Translations under genes and position numbers: made by a program
Origin: Porphyridium purpureum
Lineage: Eukaryota
Assembly: GCA_008690995.1 (NCBI GenBank)
Contig: VRMN01000004.1
Location: 1,054,001-1,118,000 of the forward strand
Reading direction: 5' to 3'
Length of the DNA: 64,000 nucleotides
In this document: piece after piece, positions 9,040 to 20,661 of the stretch
How positions within the stretch are numbered: the stretch's first letter is position 1
Layout of the letters: each line of letters opens with the position of its first letter
The notes under the pieces: generated by a model
Database searches by the model: none
What the model saw: the letters and a program-made list of their open reading frames with translations, nothing else
What the model was told of the DNA's origin: nothing

Positions 9040-10767
9040 CTAAAAGTCATCGCGCGGGTGTAAGGGCGAAGGGCACAGGCGGAGCAGTTCGGCGGGACAC
9101 GCGTTGTGCGTGGAGCGGAGTTGGTGGATGAGCAGAGGGAATAAGGGCGCGTCGTCGGGAGTCGCTAGGCTCCAGGCGGTTCCGAGCGCGCCGGCGCGCC
9201 CAGTGCGTCCAATGCGGTGGACGTAGGTGTCGATGCGCGACGGCAGCTCGTAGTTGATGACGTGGTTCACGCCGCGCACGTCGATGCCCCGTCCAATCAC
9301 GTCCGTCGCAATCAGCGCGTCCACGGCGCCGCGCCGGAACTTCTCCAGCAGCTCCTGCCGTGTGCTTTGGGTCTTGCCGGAGTGCATCACTGCTAAACGA
9401 AGCCGACACATCTTCCGAGACCCAGCTCCCCTTCCGCCGGTGCCATCGTGGGAAGCGCCTCTTCGGCTGGACTGCTCTTCCTCAATACTGCGAAGAAGCA
9501 TATCGCAACCGCGTTTGGTATTCACAAATATCAGCACAGGCGGGTCGCAGCTTTCCAGGAGTTCAATCAGGCGCTTGAGCTTGGCTGGCTCCGAAGCGAT
9601 GAGCTCGACGCGTTGCTGAATCCGCGCCACTGACCGACCGGCCTCCCCAATGGTGATGTGCACGCAGCTGCTTGTCCGCATGAAGTCCTTGGCCAATGCA
9701 CGCACAAGCTCCGGCATGGTCGCGGAGAACATGAGCGTCTGTCGTTCTCCACGGCGATCAAGGCCTGCCCGCGCACACACAGCTTGCATAATGGCGCGGA
9801 TCTGCGCGTCGAAGCCCATGTCCAACATCCGGTCCGCTTCGTCAAAGACGAGATAGTCGCACCTGTCCAAAACCACCATGTGGCGTTCAAGGCAGTCCAC
9901 CATACGCCCGGGTGTCGCTATCAGAACATCACAACCTTCGCGCAACGCCATGGCCTGCACGTCAATGTCCTGCCCGCCCACCACGCATACCACGCGATGG
10001 CCCAGAATCGCTGTAAACTTCAGCGTCTCGGCTTGAATCTGCTGAGCAAGCTCGCGCGTGGGCGCAAGAATCAGTGCGCGCGGGTTCTGGCCGTCGTGAG
10101 ATACTTCCGGGCTGTAGACCTCTGTGCGAGGAAGAAAGTTCAGCAACGGGAGAACGAAGGCCGCCGTCTTGCCCGATCCTGTTTCAGCCAGCGCAATCAA
10201 ATCATGCCCTGCATTCACAACCGGAATTGCCGCCATCTGGATGGGTGTCGGGCGGCTGTACTTGGCCACACTTAGCACAATTTCAAGCAATTCGTTCGAC
10301 AAACCCATCTCATTCCAGTTGCGCGCGGGCCGCGCATACCGAGCGCTAGCCGCCACAGTGTGTGCGGTCGCAGGAGCTAACGCTGTCCTAGCATTATTAT
10401 TGTCTTTGCTCTTGTCATCGACCGCCTCCTCTCCTTTCTTTAGCGTCCATGTCCTTTGGTATGTGATTGCCATGTCCTCACAGAAAATGCGCCAGTCGCG
10501 ATCCGTCATCTCTGCGCGCTCCTTGTCCGACCAATGCCGGACTTGCGTGCGCGCGTGTTTTCTCCGAGGATAAAGGAGCGCGTCCAAGTCACCGTCGGTT
10601 CCATTCGAACCCAAGTCAGCGGCGTCGAAAGGGCGCGTCTTCCGCAGAGCCTCATCTTGCACTTGTGCTCTAAGCGCCTCGAGCTCTGCGTCTTGCAACG
10701 CACTTGTGTCTTCGCTCGCATCCCAGTCAAAGGCTGTGCGCCTTGCGCCTGCCTTGCGACCCGACAT
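9040..10767 (-). CDS. PRP28: DEAD-box RNA helicase Prp28/DDX23-like
   Basis: FDWDASEDTS and RHWSDK..EMTDRDWRIF Prp28 N-terminal motifs; AETGSGKT, PTRELA, DEAD, SAT, HRIGRTGR. Confidence 0.92.
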   Translation of the reverse strand: MSGRKAGARRTAFDWDASEDTSALQDAELEALRAQVQDEALRKTRPFDAADLGSNGTDGDLDALLYPRRKHARTQVRHWSDKERAEMTDRDWRIFCEDMAITYQRTWTLKKGEEAVDDKSKDNNNARTALAPATAHTVAASARYARPARNWNEMGLSNELLEIVLSVAKYSRPTPIQMAAIPVVNAGHDLIALAETGSGKTAAFVLPLLNFLPRTEVYSPEVSHDGQNPRALILAPTRELAQQIQAETLKFTAILGHRVVCVVGGQDIDVQAMALREGCDVLIATPGRMVDCLERHMVVLDRCDYLVFDEADRMLDMGFDAQIRAIMQAVCARAGLDRRGERQTLMFSATMPELVRALAKDFMRTSSCVHITIGEAGRSVARIQQRVELIASEPAKLKRLIELLESCDPPVLIFVNTKRGCDMLLRSIEEEQSSRRGASHDGTGGRGAGSRKMCRLRLAVMHSGKTQSTRQELLEKFRRGAVDALIATDVIGRGIDVRGVNHVINYELPSRIDTYVHRIGRTGRAGALGTAWSLATPDDAPLFPLLIHQLRSTHNACPAELLRLCPSPLHPRDDF

Positions 10768-11523
10768 TGCTGCTTTCCACTTTCATTTCTTTCGATCCAG
10801 CAGCGCAAGCGTGCAGGTGAAAGTTGCCGTGCCGAACAGTCAGGAGCTTGTGCGTGTAAGAAATGCCTTCTATAATTTGAGGCGGTCTTTCGTTCGCAAG
10901 TGGAGACTACAAGAGGCAGGCACGAAAGGTGGCAGAAAGGACATGTCTTTTCTCGGAGACACGTGCCGATGAGAACAGGCAGCCAAAGACAGGCAGGATA
11001 ACAGGATAACCAAGGAAAACCTTCATGGGGCTGATCAGATAAGGTGCACCACCTTGCATTTTACGTTATCGATACACAAACAATAACGAGAGGAATGGTC
11101 TGCTTCAAACAGAGTACATGTAGTCTAGACCGCGTATCGCAAACCCCCTCAACATATATGCTCAGGTCTGATAGCGCAGGGCAGCTAGCTCTGCAACTCT
11201 TTCAAACTCGGCCTTTCAGTCAGCGATCACGACGTGCGGTGTGGTTTCAGAAGCCCGTGGCCGGTCCACTCATCGTGCCTTCCACCGTCGAAGTCCATAA
11301 TCCCCACTCAGAGAAATGAGCCTGGCTGGTGTCAGGCAACTGGGCCCGTCGCACGGCGCACCGAGACGCGCTCGCCCAGCCGTTTCGGGATTTGAGTGCT
11401 TACACCAATAACCGACCCGCGTGTGCGCGAGTCGCCGCAAACCGTGAGTGCCACAGAATGCGAATCGGAGGAGAGGCAAAACATGATCTTCAAAGTGCTC
11501 GTTTATAGGTCAGACGCCAATCA

Positions 11524-12600
11524 TCAAGGCAACAGGTGCTTTACGGCATCGCGCTCTTCGATGAGCTCCTTTTCGACTTTCTTCATCATCTCTTCGCCGA
11601 ATGCATTGAAGGTCAATCCCTCAACGAGCTCCATCTTGCCGTCACCCAAGCACTTGCGCGGAAGCGAGAACCACAGGCCCGGGGTCGTGTTGTACTCACC
11701 CTTGGATGGAATCGCGATCGAGTGCCACATGTCACCCGTGCCGTACACGTAGTCTCGGAAATGGTCAATGGCCGACGATGCCGCCGAAGCGGCGGACGAC
11801 GCACCGCGAGCAGAAATGATCTCGGCGCCGCGCTTCTGCACGCGAGGAATGAAGGTCTCCTTCATCCATGCCTCGTCATTGATGACCTTCATAGCGGACT
11901 CGCCCTTGACAGTCGCGTGATGAATGTCCGGATACTGGTTGTTCGAGTGGTTTCCCCAAATGACGACCTTTTCAACGTCAGACACCAGGCAGCCCGTCTT
12001 TTCCGCGATCTGGCCCATCGCGCGATTCTGATCGAGGCGCATCATTGCCATGACCTTGCTCGAGTCTACATCCGGCGCATTGGCAGCCAGCACGAGCGAG
12101 TTGGTATTTGCCGGGTTGCCGACAACAAGCACAGACACGCCCTTTGCGGCGGCCTTGTTGATCGCCTTGCCCTGCGTCTCGAAAATGGCTGCGTTGGCGG
12201 TCATCAGATCTTTGCGTTCCATTCCCGGCCCGCGCGGCCTCGCGCCCACCAGCACGCAGTGCTCGGCGTCGCCGAAGCCTTCCTCGAGATCTGCGGTGCC
12301 GTGCAATCCGTGCAGCAGCGGGAACGCGCAGTCCTGCAACTCCATCATGACGCCCTTGAGGGGCTTCATTCCCGGCTCGGTCTCGATGAGCTTGAGAATC
12401 ACCGGCTGATCCTTGCCCAGCATCTCCCCAGACGCGATGCGGATCACCAGCGAGTACCCGATCGCGCCGGCGGCGCCCGTCACAGAAACCACTTTCGGCT
12501 TTTTTGCAAAGGAACTCATTGCCCGCATCCCCGCGCCATTCCACAGTGCCACGGGCTGCCGCGGCAGCACACGCATCGCTCCCGTCAACCGTCCCCACAT
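11524..12600 (-). CDS. MDH: Malate dehydrogenase (MDH1/bacterial type-2 clade) with mitochondrial-like presequence
   Basis: [47 protein letters not shown]; Arg-rich N-terminal extension from ATG 12600. Confidence 0.95.
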   Translation of the reverse strand: MWGRLTGAMRVLPRQPVALWNGAGMRAMSSFAKKPKVVSVTGAAGAIGYSLVIRIASGEMLGKDQPVILKLIETEPGMKPLKGVMMELQDCAFPLLHGLHGTADLEEGFGDAEHCVLVGARPRGPGMERKDLMTANAAIFETQGKAINKAAAKGVSVLVVGNPANTNSLVLAANAPDVDSSKVMAMMRLDQNRAMGQIAEKTGCLVSDVEKVVIWGNHSNNQYPDIHHATVKGESAMKVINDEAWMKETFIPRVQKRGAEIISARGASSAASAASSAIDHFRDYVYGTGDMWHSIAIPSKGEYNTTPGLWFSLPRKCLGDGKMELVEGLTFNAFGEEMMKKVEKELIEERDAVKHLLP

Positions 12601-13968
12601 CGTTTCAACCCCCTCGTTCCTCGTCGCGCTTCCCTCGGACTTTCCTCCAGTTCCCCCGCACCCGGAACCCAAAATCCCTTTTCTGATCCGCATCAAATCC
12701 GTTAACGTAGGAAATTTAAGGCAGACACTGTACCTCCTCGACGTTTGTCCCAAATTTCAACCGGTTCGCATAAGACTTTAACTGTACGTCACCCTCCAAA
12801 TCATGTTAAAGCAGAAGCTTCAAAAATGAAGGTGGGTGTACAGCACGAAAACCGAGATGGAGGTACAGTATGACGTCAAGAAACCCTGGACGTGTGTGAC
12901 AGAAATGGGACATGAAGAGCAGAGGAGAGAAGAGAGAGACGGTGATGTGAAGGTTGGATTGACATGTGAGCACGAACATGTGAACACTACTATGAGAACA
13001 CTAGAACGCGCAGATTGCAGTTCGAGTCAACCGTGCAGGCAGGAGGAACAAAATTGGGCACCAGTGCGCCGTCGCGGGTTGGGGCATGAGAAGAAGACTG
13101 CGGAAAGAAGGTGAAATGTTGCAGGCCTGACGGAAGAACGATCGAATCGTTGAGCAAGGCCATCTTGCATCTGTCGCTCTCGTGAATAAAAGGAGCGACC
13201 GCATCCGTCTGAGAGGGAAAATGTGAAGAATGAGAAGCACAGAAGGGGTTTGGGGATCACGCGGTCGCGTCTGAGAGCAGCAGAGCAGGTGTTGAGACTT
13301 GGTTCTGTACTTTCTTCACCTTGCAGACCGTTCAGTGTGAGCGCACCTCGCCTAGCGTTTAACACATGCGATCGTAGACACTTTGCGGCTGGCTGATATT
13401 TTCAGAGCCACAAAAGCGAGACCTGGATTGCTCACAACTGTGTGCGCATAGTCGCAAGAACCGGTTCAAACGGTTCAAAGGCGCCCCTGTCCTCTCACAC
13501 ATGGCAGAAGGGTGGGCGACGACTTCAGGGACCGTATCGATCGCAATGAACACCAAGCTACTAGAAGCATAGCGTGATGGTTCGCATTAAATTCAATTCA
13601 TTGAATCACTTATAAATCTTGAACTAAGAAGAGAAGAAAGGAAGAAGCGCGGGAAAAACCCGAAGGGGAAAAAAACTCCGACGCTCCCCTTACTCCACAG
13701 TCTGCGCGCCCGCTACAAAACGTGAGGGGTCGTCTTTTTGTGCCCTCTTGTCTTCGAATCTTCGATCGTTCGGGCAAATCCGCTGCTTGTTCGACTAACG
13801 CTCGTGCGACCAGTCGCAGCGACACTTGCCTCCGCAGATATTTCACGATATCCCTACATACTCTTGGAGATTCTCTGCATTGCTTGTTTGTTGTCAATTC
13901 CTTGTACGAGGTTTACCTTCCATTTCACGATTCCCAAGAGCGACGGCGACACCTCCGCAGAGACAGAT

Positions 13969-15630
13969 TTACTGCGCCGACTGCGTCATGATGCTCATCT
14001 GCCTCAACCACTTGGGGCAGTCTGCATGGAACATTGAGCCAAGGGCTCGCTTCTCAAAGGCGCTGAATATCATGCGCACTGGTGCAAGGAGAATGTGCGC
14101 AAGATGCGGTGGCACCAGTGCTGTGTAGCTGGATGCCTTCATGTTGTTCACGTAGATATCTCCGTGCTCGGTGTGCGGGTTGAACACGCCAAGTTCCTGC
14201 ACTCGACGCACATCCATTACTTCATGCGTGTGGCCCGCTCCATCAATCATCATATCACCAACTCGCACTTGGGCAGCTGGTATCATCTTGCTGCCCGCTT
14301 GCACGTATACATAATGCAACGGAGACACAGTCAACTCACTGTCGTCCAAAGATATGCGCACGAACTTCGCAACCTTATTCGAGTCACGATGTCCGAAGAA
14401 GTATACTGTACTGAACGCGTCCGCAGTGTTGCCAGACTTTACACGCACGTGGTCTCCGTATTGGAGCTCATCCATACGCACGGCGCGCCCATCACTCAAT
14501 TCAACCTGCGCGTTTGCTGGGAAACAAACGTCGGAGTCTTCCTCAGTCTGCTCTTCTGTCGGATTCGGTGTCGGTGTTGGCGCAGACTGCGCCGGAGTAA
14601 TGCTCACGACTTGGCGAGAGTTAAGCGGCTGCCAGGGACGAGCGTTTCCTGGAAAGCCTCCGATGTGATCCCAGTAGTTTTGCCACTGCGAATATCCAAC
14701 CTGCGCGATGTTTTGCTGCAAAAACCACGTGACCTCTTCACTGCAAGGAGGTGTCGTCAGCGATCCAGCCCAATTCCACACACCGCTCTCAGCGTCGTAC
14801 AACTGCGATGGGTTAAAGTTAACCGTGCATTCGTCTCCACCATCGCATGCAACTGAAGTGCTGTTCAAAATTGGATCCACCACCGAGTTCGCGTCTGCGG
14901 TGGTCTCGATAAGCACGCCCAGGACAAGTAGCCTGCCTTCCTCGGTTGAATGCACAAAGTGAACCTCCAAGGGATACGATTTGCCATTCACTCCGTTCTC
15001 AGACATGGCGTGCATGTGAAACTGAACCAAAAAGAACCGCTCATCATCCCAATCCACAAAGCCACACTCTCCTTCCTGGACGCAGGTATACTTCGGCGCG
15101 TAGTTCTCCTGGGTGATCTCAAACAAAGAGTTGTCGTGCTGGGCGACGTCACCAATGGAGGCCGAAATCGAGGCGGCTGTAGCATTGCTCTCAATCACAT
15201 TGATCGGAGATTGTTCCATTCCATCACCGCACAGTTCAAAACCGGTGCCAAGGCCCCACTGGTTCGGGCCAGAGTCTCCGAAATAACCCCAATCCGTAAA
15301 AATACTCTCACCTGCCCAGATGGGAATGAGCGAGACTCCATTCTGCACAGTGCATTCTTCGACGCTACCTGTCGCATTTCTAGCGGAAACCTTGTAGCAC
15401 CTCTCCGCATTTTCTGTGCAAGATATTTCCACGTAAGTCGAGCACTCGTCCGATTCAGCAGAGGCGGTTCGGCACGTTCCTTCCTCTTCACCCGGAAGCA
15501 AACATGCAGATGCACTCTCTTGAAGCTCGCAGCACACTTCGGTGCCAACCTCCTGGGGCAGATTCACTGCCTGGACTGTTGCAATCAGACCGACCAGGAA
15601 TACCAAGCCCGTGAGCGTCATCTTACGCAT
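13969..15630 (-). CDS. Secreted alpha-carbonic anhydrase fused to C-terminal Hedgehog-type Hint (Hog) domain
   Basis: Signal peptide; QSPIN, QFHMH, LEVHFVH and GSLTTPPCSE alpha-CA motifs; PT linker; CFPANAQV...LTVSPLH...FNPHTEHGDIYVN..ASSY Hint motifs. Confidence 0.9.
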   Translation of the reverse strand: MRKMTLTGLVFLVGLIATVQAVNLPQEVGTEVCCELQESASACLLPGEEEGTCRTASAESDECSTYVEISCTENAERCYKVSARNATGSVEECTVQNGVSLIPIWAGESIFTDWGYFGDSGPNQWGLGTGFELCGDGMEQSPINVIESNATAASISASIGDVAQHDNSLFEITQENYAPKYTCVQEGECGFVDWDDERFFLVQFHMHAMSENGVNGKSYPLEVHFVHSTEEGRLLVLGVLIETTADANSVVDPILNSTSVACDGGDECTVNFNPSQLYDAESGVWNWAGSLTTPPCSEEVTWFLQQNIAQVGYSQWQNYWDHIGGFPGNARPWQPLNSRQVVSITPAQSAPTPTPNPTEEQTEEDSDVCFPANAQVELSDGRAVRMDELQYGDHVRVKSGNTADAFSTVYFFGHRDSNKVAKFVRISLDDSELTVSPLHYVYVQAGSKMIPAAQVRVGDMMIDGAGHTHEVMDVRRVQELGVFNPHTEHGDIYVNNMKASSYTALVPPHLAHILLAPVRMIFSAFEKRALGSMFHADCPKWLRQMSIMTQSAQ

Positions 15631-16977
15631 GGTTGCGTACGACGAACGTGTGCACAGTCAAGAGCGTCGAATCCTTGTATCGATCCCCACGACCTGCCCT
15701 TACTTCTCTATGGAAGCCACTTCGGACGCAACTCTCTTGGACGCAACATCTTGTCCCGATATCCTCAGAGCTGCACTCAACCTTGCGCCATTTATACCCA
15801 TGCGACGCCTCACTCACCGCGAAGTGTCTAAGAGGCCTGCTTGCGGCGGAAACGGAGCATCCACCAAAATGGCCTCTCTCAATCAGGTTTGGGGAGTCGA
15901 GGACCGGTGAGATCCAATCTCGTTGGACGACGGCGTTCCAGCATGTCCATCGCCGTCGCCCCTCGCGCAAACGAGGCTGCAATTGGTGTTTGCGCCATTT
16001 TCTTCCACGTTTAACATGGAAGTCGAATAGAAAAGATGCTGCAGGATTGCGCCTTGTAAGGACATGGTCTCGCGGGGCTGCCCATCGAGATCACGTGATC
16101 CTAATTCTATCCCTTCTGTTTGCGTCAACGCCCACAGGAACGTGGTTGGCCAGCTAGCCACATCCCCGTACAGCTCCGGCCGTTCCCCTAGCACCTCATC
16201 ACGAGATGCTTGGCGGATAGAAAGTAAAATCCAAGTGCAAAGAGAATGAGATCGGAAGTGTGACGCATACATAGAAAGTCGAGCCGGAGGTAAGGACAAA
16301 GGCAGAAAAGAAACCGTGAAGCCACACTCCGCCGAGTGGCCAGAACGCTCCGGAATTTTTGTAACAAGAAGGAACGCTTTTGAATTCAGGCGGAAGGCGC
16401 CACTAATATACAATCACAGAACCACACAAATGCCAAAAAGGATCCCCCGCCTGTCCCAAAAAGCAGAATGGACGGCACCCTAATCTCCCGACAGCTGTTT
16501 TCTTTTGTGGAAACGAGGGGGGAGGGAGGGTTCTAATTTTTTTTTTAAAATTCCAGACTGGAGAATTCCCATTGTTGGCGTGTTCCGCGTGTGGAGAATC
16601 CAAAAAGCAGGCCGAGAATCACTGCAACAATCCCTCCACTGTCCATCAGTCAAAACACAAATGCAGCAAGCAAAACCTTATTTACTCACACTTTAGAATT
16701 ACCCTGGAAAGATGCTTTTGTGTGGCAACTGGCGGATCGATTCATCCGCCAGTCGGGGCGATGAAGAAATACGCCCATTTAATAAGTAAATCTGCCTGAT
16801 AGTGTACAGTCCGGCGAAGGATAGTGAAACCGTTTAACCACGAGTCTTCCGCGATGAACCATTATTGTCCCACGGTTCGTGCACTTGGCGAGACTGTGTC
16901 GCTGCGAGCAGGGACCGTCAAGTGGACGTGTGCGCTAGCACGTGCGTGTTATGCCAAAGCGTTGAAGTGAGGACATC

Positions 16978-18180
16978 GTGCCGTGCGTCGAACGATCGCG
17001 ATGGCAGTGCTGTGCGGCGTGGCGCAGAGGCAGGGTGAAGCGTCGGTTGCGCCGCTTTTGGGCCCGGACATGTGCGCTGCAAATCTGTATTTTGGGGATT
17101 GAAGCACACTATCCTTTCAAGCATCACGGCCGAGCGCTCGGAGAAGGAAGAATGTTGGCCGTCGGAGGCTCCGTCCAAGACGGCGCCTGCGGCATCGTGC
17201 TGTTCGCATCTTCACGAGAGATTTAGATATGCCTAGTTTATCGAGAATGCGCTTGATGTCTGCCCGCTCGTACGGATTCACGGGTACACAAGCAGGGACC
17301 ATGCCCGAGTCGCGCAGCCTCACCAAGTGCATTCAAGTCTTTGTTCTTCTTCGACTGTTCACCGAGCTCTCGCGTCGGGTACGACACGCTATGCATTCTG
17401 TGCCGGCGAGTCAGACGTCGGAAAACTTCAACGTGGCAGGCTTCTCTGGTGTACAATCATGTAGCGCTCGCACTCGCTGCCGTAGATCAGGACTGGTACC
17501 TGATTATTGTCGACGTCAACTCCCGCGCGCTTGAAATCGCTGCCGAACTTGCACATCAAGCATCACTGGAAAGCGCCCGTGTATGGGCTGGCAATGCCGC
17601 CGACACTGAGTGTCACATTGACCTCGCAGTTGGCCTGCATGTGTGCGGGATGGCATGCAACGTGGCCATCTCTAGAGCCCTGAGCCAACGCGCACCTTTG
17701 GTGGTTGTACCATGGCGCTTTCGAGGTGGCACTCGATGTAGTGACGAATATCTGGCCCCGTATCCGTGCACCCGGAACAAGCAACTTTGCTGTGACAACG
17801 CGAGCAAGCGAGCGGTTGCTCGTCCTCGAGCGGAGATCGTGAAAACGACGCTGAGCCGCAGCACGCGTTCATCATCTTTTTCCCCGAATCACGTTTCAGA
17901 AGAATCATTCGGTGATCTTGCTCAAGCTGCTGACTTTGAGAAAAGTATAGTAGGTGAGAATGCGCGTTGGTGTCGGCGGAGGATGGTGAGAACGTTGCTC
18001 GACATTGAACACTGCCTTGCGGCACCAAAAAAACAGATACTGGACGCTCCTCCTCAAACGCGGACCGCTTCGCGCCCCCTGCGAAAATGACACTTTTGTC
18101 GTGTGGCCTGAAAAAAGGCGATTCTGGTTTTAAGTGCAGCGACGACTCTGACACCAGCGCGTGTGCGTGTTCCCAAATGA
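16978..18180 (+). pseudogene. Frameshifted/degraded methyltransferase (GSTCD/Methyltransf_32-like) remnant
   Basis: IIVDVNSRALE, DLAVGLHVCG..CNVAI...LVVVP, LAQAAD and LLDIEH motifs resemble the HACG..D/PCC family; no ATG-led full ORF, and the flanking homology-like segments lie in other frames. Confidence 0.5.
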
Positions 18181-19510
18181 AATGAACACATCATTGGGCC
18201 CGATTGCTCATAGAGTATTTGTATGACCAGATGAGAAAAATTGTTGGTTTTTCTTTCGACCATTGTGAGTGCTTTTCTTGAGTTCTGAATACTTCAATCG
18301 CCTTCATTCGAGCCATGCGCTCCTTGGAGAGAGCGTGGACCAAAATGCCGGAAAGAATCGCATATGGCTGGCGAGGAGTACGGCCAGCAACCACCAGAGC
18401 CGTGGAGAAGAAGACCAATGCGAAGCGTTGGTGCGAAAATCACTCGTCTTGCCATTCTGGTCGACTGATGTTTTCTTTGGAGATCAAATCAAACGCACGG
18501 CTGCTCGTGCACTCTTGATCGCGGTAAATTAATCGTGCTCTTTTGCATGGAGGTCGGCATGTCCGCGCTGCTGTACAGTAAGCTTTGGATATACGCTGGG
18601 GCCAATAATCGAGCCTGGGCAACTTATGCGACAATATGAATTTCGAACCGCTGAATGCGCTGCTCCATTTCATCAGTCAAATTCTCCAGTAGTGATGGTC
18701 CACGGTCGTCGCGCAGCTTGAGCAGTCCGCAGATCCTACGCTGCTGCTCCGCCATCTCCCACACGCTCCATCCGCTCGCGACCGTCACCCGCCGCGCCGC
18801 AGCCTTGAGAAGCAGTACGCCATTTATCCTACGCCTTTGCGGCCGACTCTAGACTCGACCTTCCCTGTGGAGCCTGCTGTAATTGCGCTTGCCGAGTCGC
18901 GAATGTAAACTCGTGACCGACTATCGCGGCGTCTTGGTCCCAGCGCTCGTCGAAGCGAGCACGCCGTATATCCAAGCTGCACGCTGTCTGGCTCTACGCG
19001 CACGCGCAAAGCCATCGCGTGTCCCCTGTTCCGGCGAGCGCTACGTCGAGCCGCTTCGTGCGCTGTTGTGGTGAGCTGGGAGCGCAAACGGACTGAGATA
19101 CGGCAGGAAGAGGAAGACCGCATGGCAGCAACCGTTGCCGCGAAAACTCAGACTACGTCCCAACGCTCCGCACAACAAAAGCAGGCATGAGTTCGGTACA
19201 GTGAAGCTGTACTCTACTCAAACCGCGTAGAAGTACAGTCCGCTGTTCCCCCCGGCTTCAATGATGTAGTCAAAGTTACTTCTGAAACAAGCGCTTTTTG
19301 CCATGAAAACAAAAAGCCGCAGCGTCAGGAAATAAACGGATCGCGATCTGCCATGTGAGTCGTTTGGGACTAGCGGCTGAATCCGGTTTGCTTGTCCTAA
19401 GAAGAGTTGGGGGAGAGAGAGAGCGACAGGGGGAGGGAGGGGGGGAGGGAGAGACGAGGGGTGTGGTGTGTGGGGGAGGGTAGGTGGTAGGTGGGTTGAG
19501 GAAAGGCAAG

Positions 19511-20563
19511 ATGGCGCCGGGGGGTATGATAGGGTTCAATGTGGATGATGGGTTTCTGGAGGCAATAGTGCGGGGCTTCCGCGCGGGGGTGCTGACGTCT
19601 GTCGATTACGTGAATTTGACGCAGTGCGAGACGCTGGAGGACTTGCGCATGCACCTGTCCGGCACAGACTACGGCGGGTTTTTGGCAAACGAGCCGGCGC
19701 CATTGTCCACCGCAATTATCGCCGAGCTCGCCACAAAGAAGTTTGTGGACGAGTTTCGCTCGATCCACGTGCAGGCCGTCGAGCCGTTGAAGAGCTTCAT
19801 GGATTATCTGTGCTATCCGTACATGATCGACAACATGGTTCTGCTCATCACAGGCACGCTGCAGAATCGCGATATCTCCGAGCTCCTGGACAAGTGCCAC
19901 CCGCTCGGAACTTTTGATTCGATGGCGTCCATGAGCATTGCCACCACGCCCGAGGAGCTCTACCGCGAGATCATTGTGGACACTCCGCTCGCGCCGTATT
20001 TTGTCGACTGCGTGTCCATGGAAGATCTGACCGACATTAATGTCGAGATTATTCGCAACACACTGTACAAGGCCTACCTGGAGGACTTTTACGCGTTCTG
20101 TGCGCGCATGGGCGGCTCGACCGCAGAGACCATGTGCGAGATCCTTGAATTCGAGGCCGATCGCCGCGCCATCAATATCACACTCAACTCGTTTGGCACG
20201 GCGCTCAGCAAAGACGAGCGCGCGCGACTGTACCCAAACATTGGCGTTCTCATTCCGGAGGGCATGTTCAAGCTTTCGCGCGCCGACGACCCACAGATGG
20301 TCGCGTCCGCCATCGACGGGTACCCGACGTATCGCGCTCTGTTTCAAGAGGCTTCTGAAAATCAGGAAAAGAGCCTCGAAGACCTTTTCTTTACGCGCGA
20401 GGTCGCGCTTTGTCGTAACACCTTTGAGATGCAGTTCCATTACGGCATCTTTTATGCCTTTCTGAAGCTGAAGGAGCAGGAGGTGCGCAACATTACTTGG
20501 ATTGCCGAGTGCATTTCCCAGAAGCAACGACGAAAGATCAACAACTACATTCCCATCTGGTAA
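19511..20563 (+). CDS. VMA6: V-type ATPase V0 subunit d
   Basis: [54 protein letters not shown]. Confidence 0.98.
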   Translation: MAPGGMIGFNVDDGFLEAIVRGFRAGVLTSVDYVNLTQCETLEDLRMHLSGTDYGGFLANEPAPLSTAIIAELATKKFVDEFRSIHVQAVEPLKSFMDYLCYPYMIDNMVLLITGTLQNRDISELLDKCHPLGTFDSMASMSIATTPEELYREIIVDTPLAPYFVDCVSMEDLTDINVEIIRNTLYKAYLEDFYAFCARMGGSTAETMCEILEFEADRRAINITLNSFGTALSKDERARLYPNIGVLIPEGMFKLSRADDPQMVASAIDGYPTYRALFQEASENQEKSLEDLFFTREVALCRNTFEMQFHYGIFYAFLKLKEQEVRNITWIAECISQKQRRKINNYIPIW

Positions 20564-20661
20564 AGCGACACATGCATCTGTGGAAACTCGCATGTTATTA
20601 AAATGTCCGCGATGCGCCACGTTTACATCTTGATTGACGGGTCGAGTGAGACCGCAGAACT

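Noticed and set aside
11536..12705. 389-aa plus-strand ORF
   Set aside because: Antisense shadow of MDH; no recognisable motifs, and expected from codon bias in GC-rich genes.
13570..13690. TATA plus purine-rich tract resembling a solo LTR
   Set aside because: No alignable identity to the element's LTR, and no TSD or matching termini found.
7238..15630. Functional cluster of sterol methyltransferase with the CA-Hint gene
   Set aside because: Separated by unrelated genes; proximity in a gene-dense eukaryote is not evidence of linkage.
19397..20620. 407-aa minus-strand ORF
   Set aside because: Antisense to the highly conserved V-ATPase d gene.
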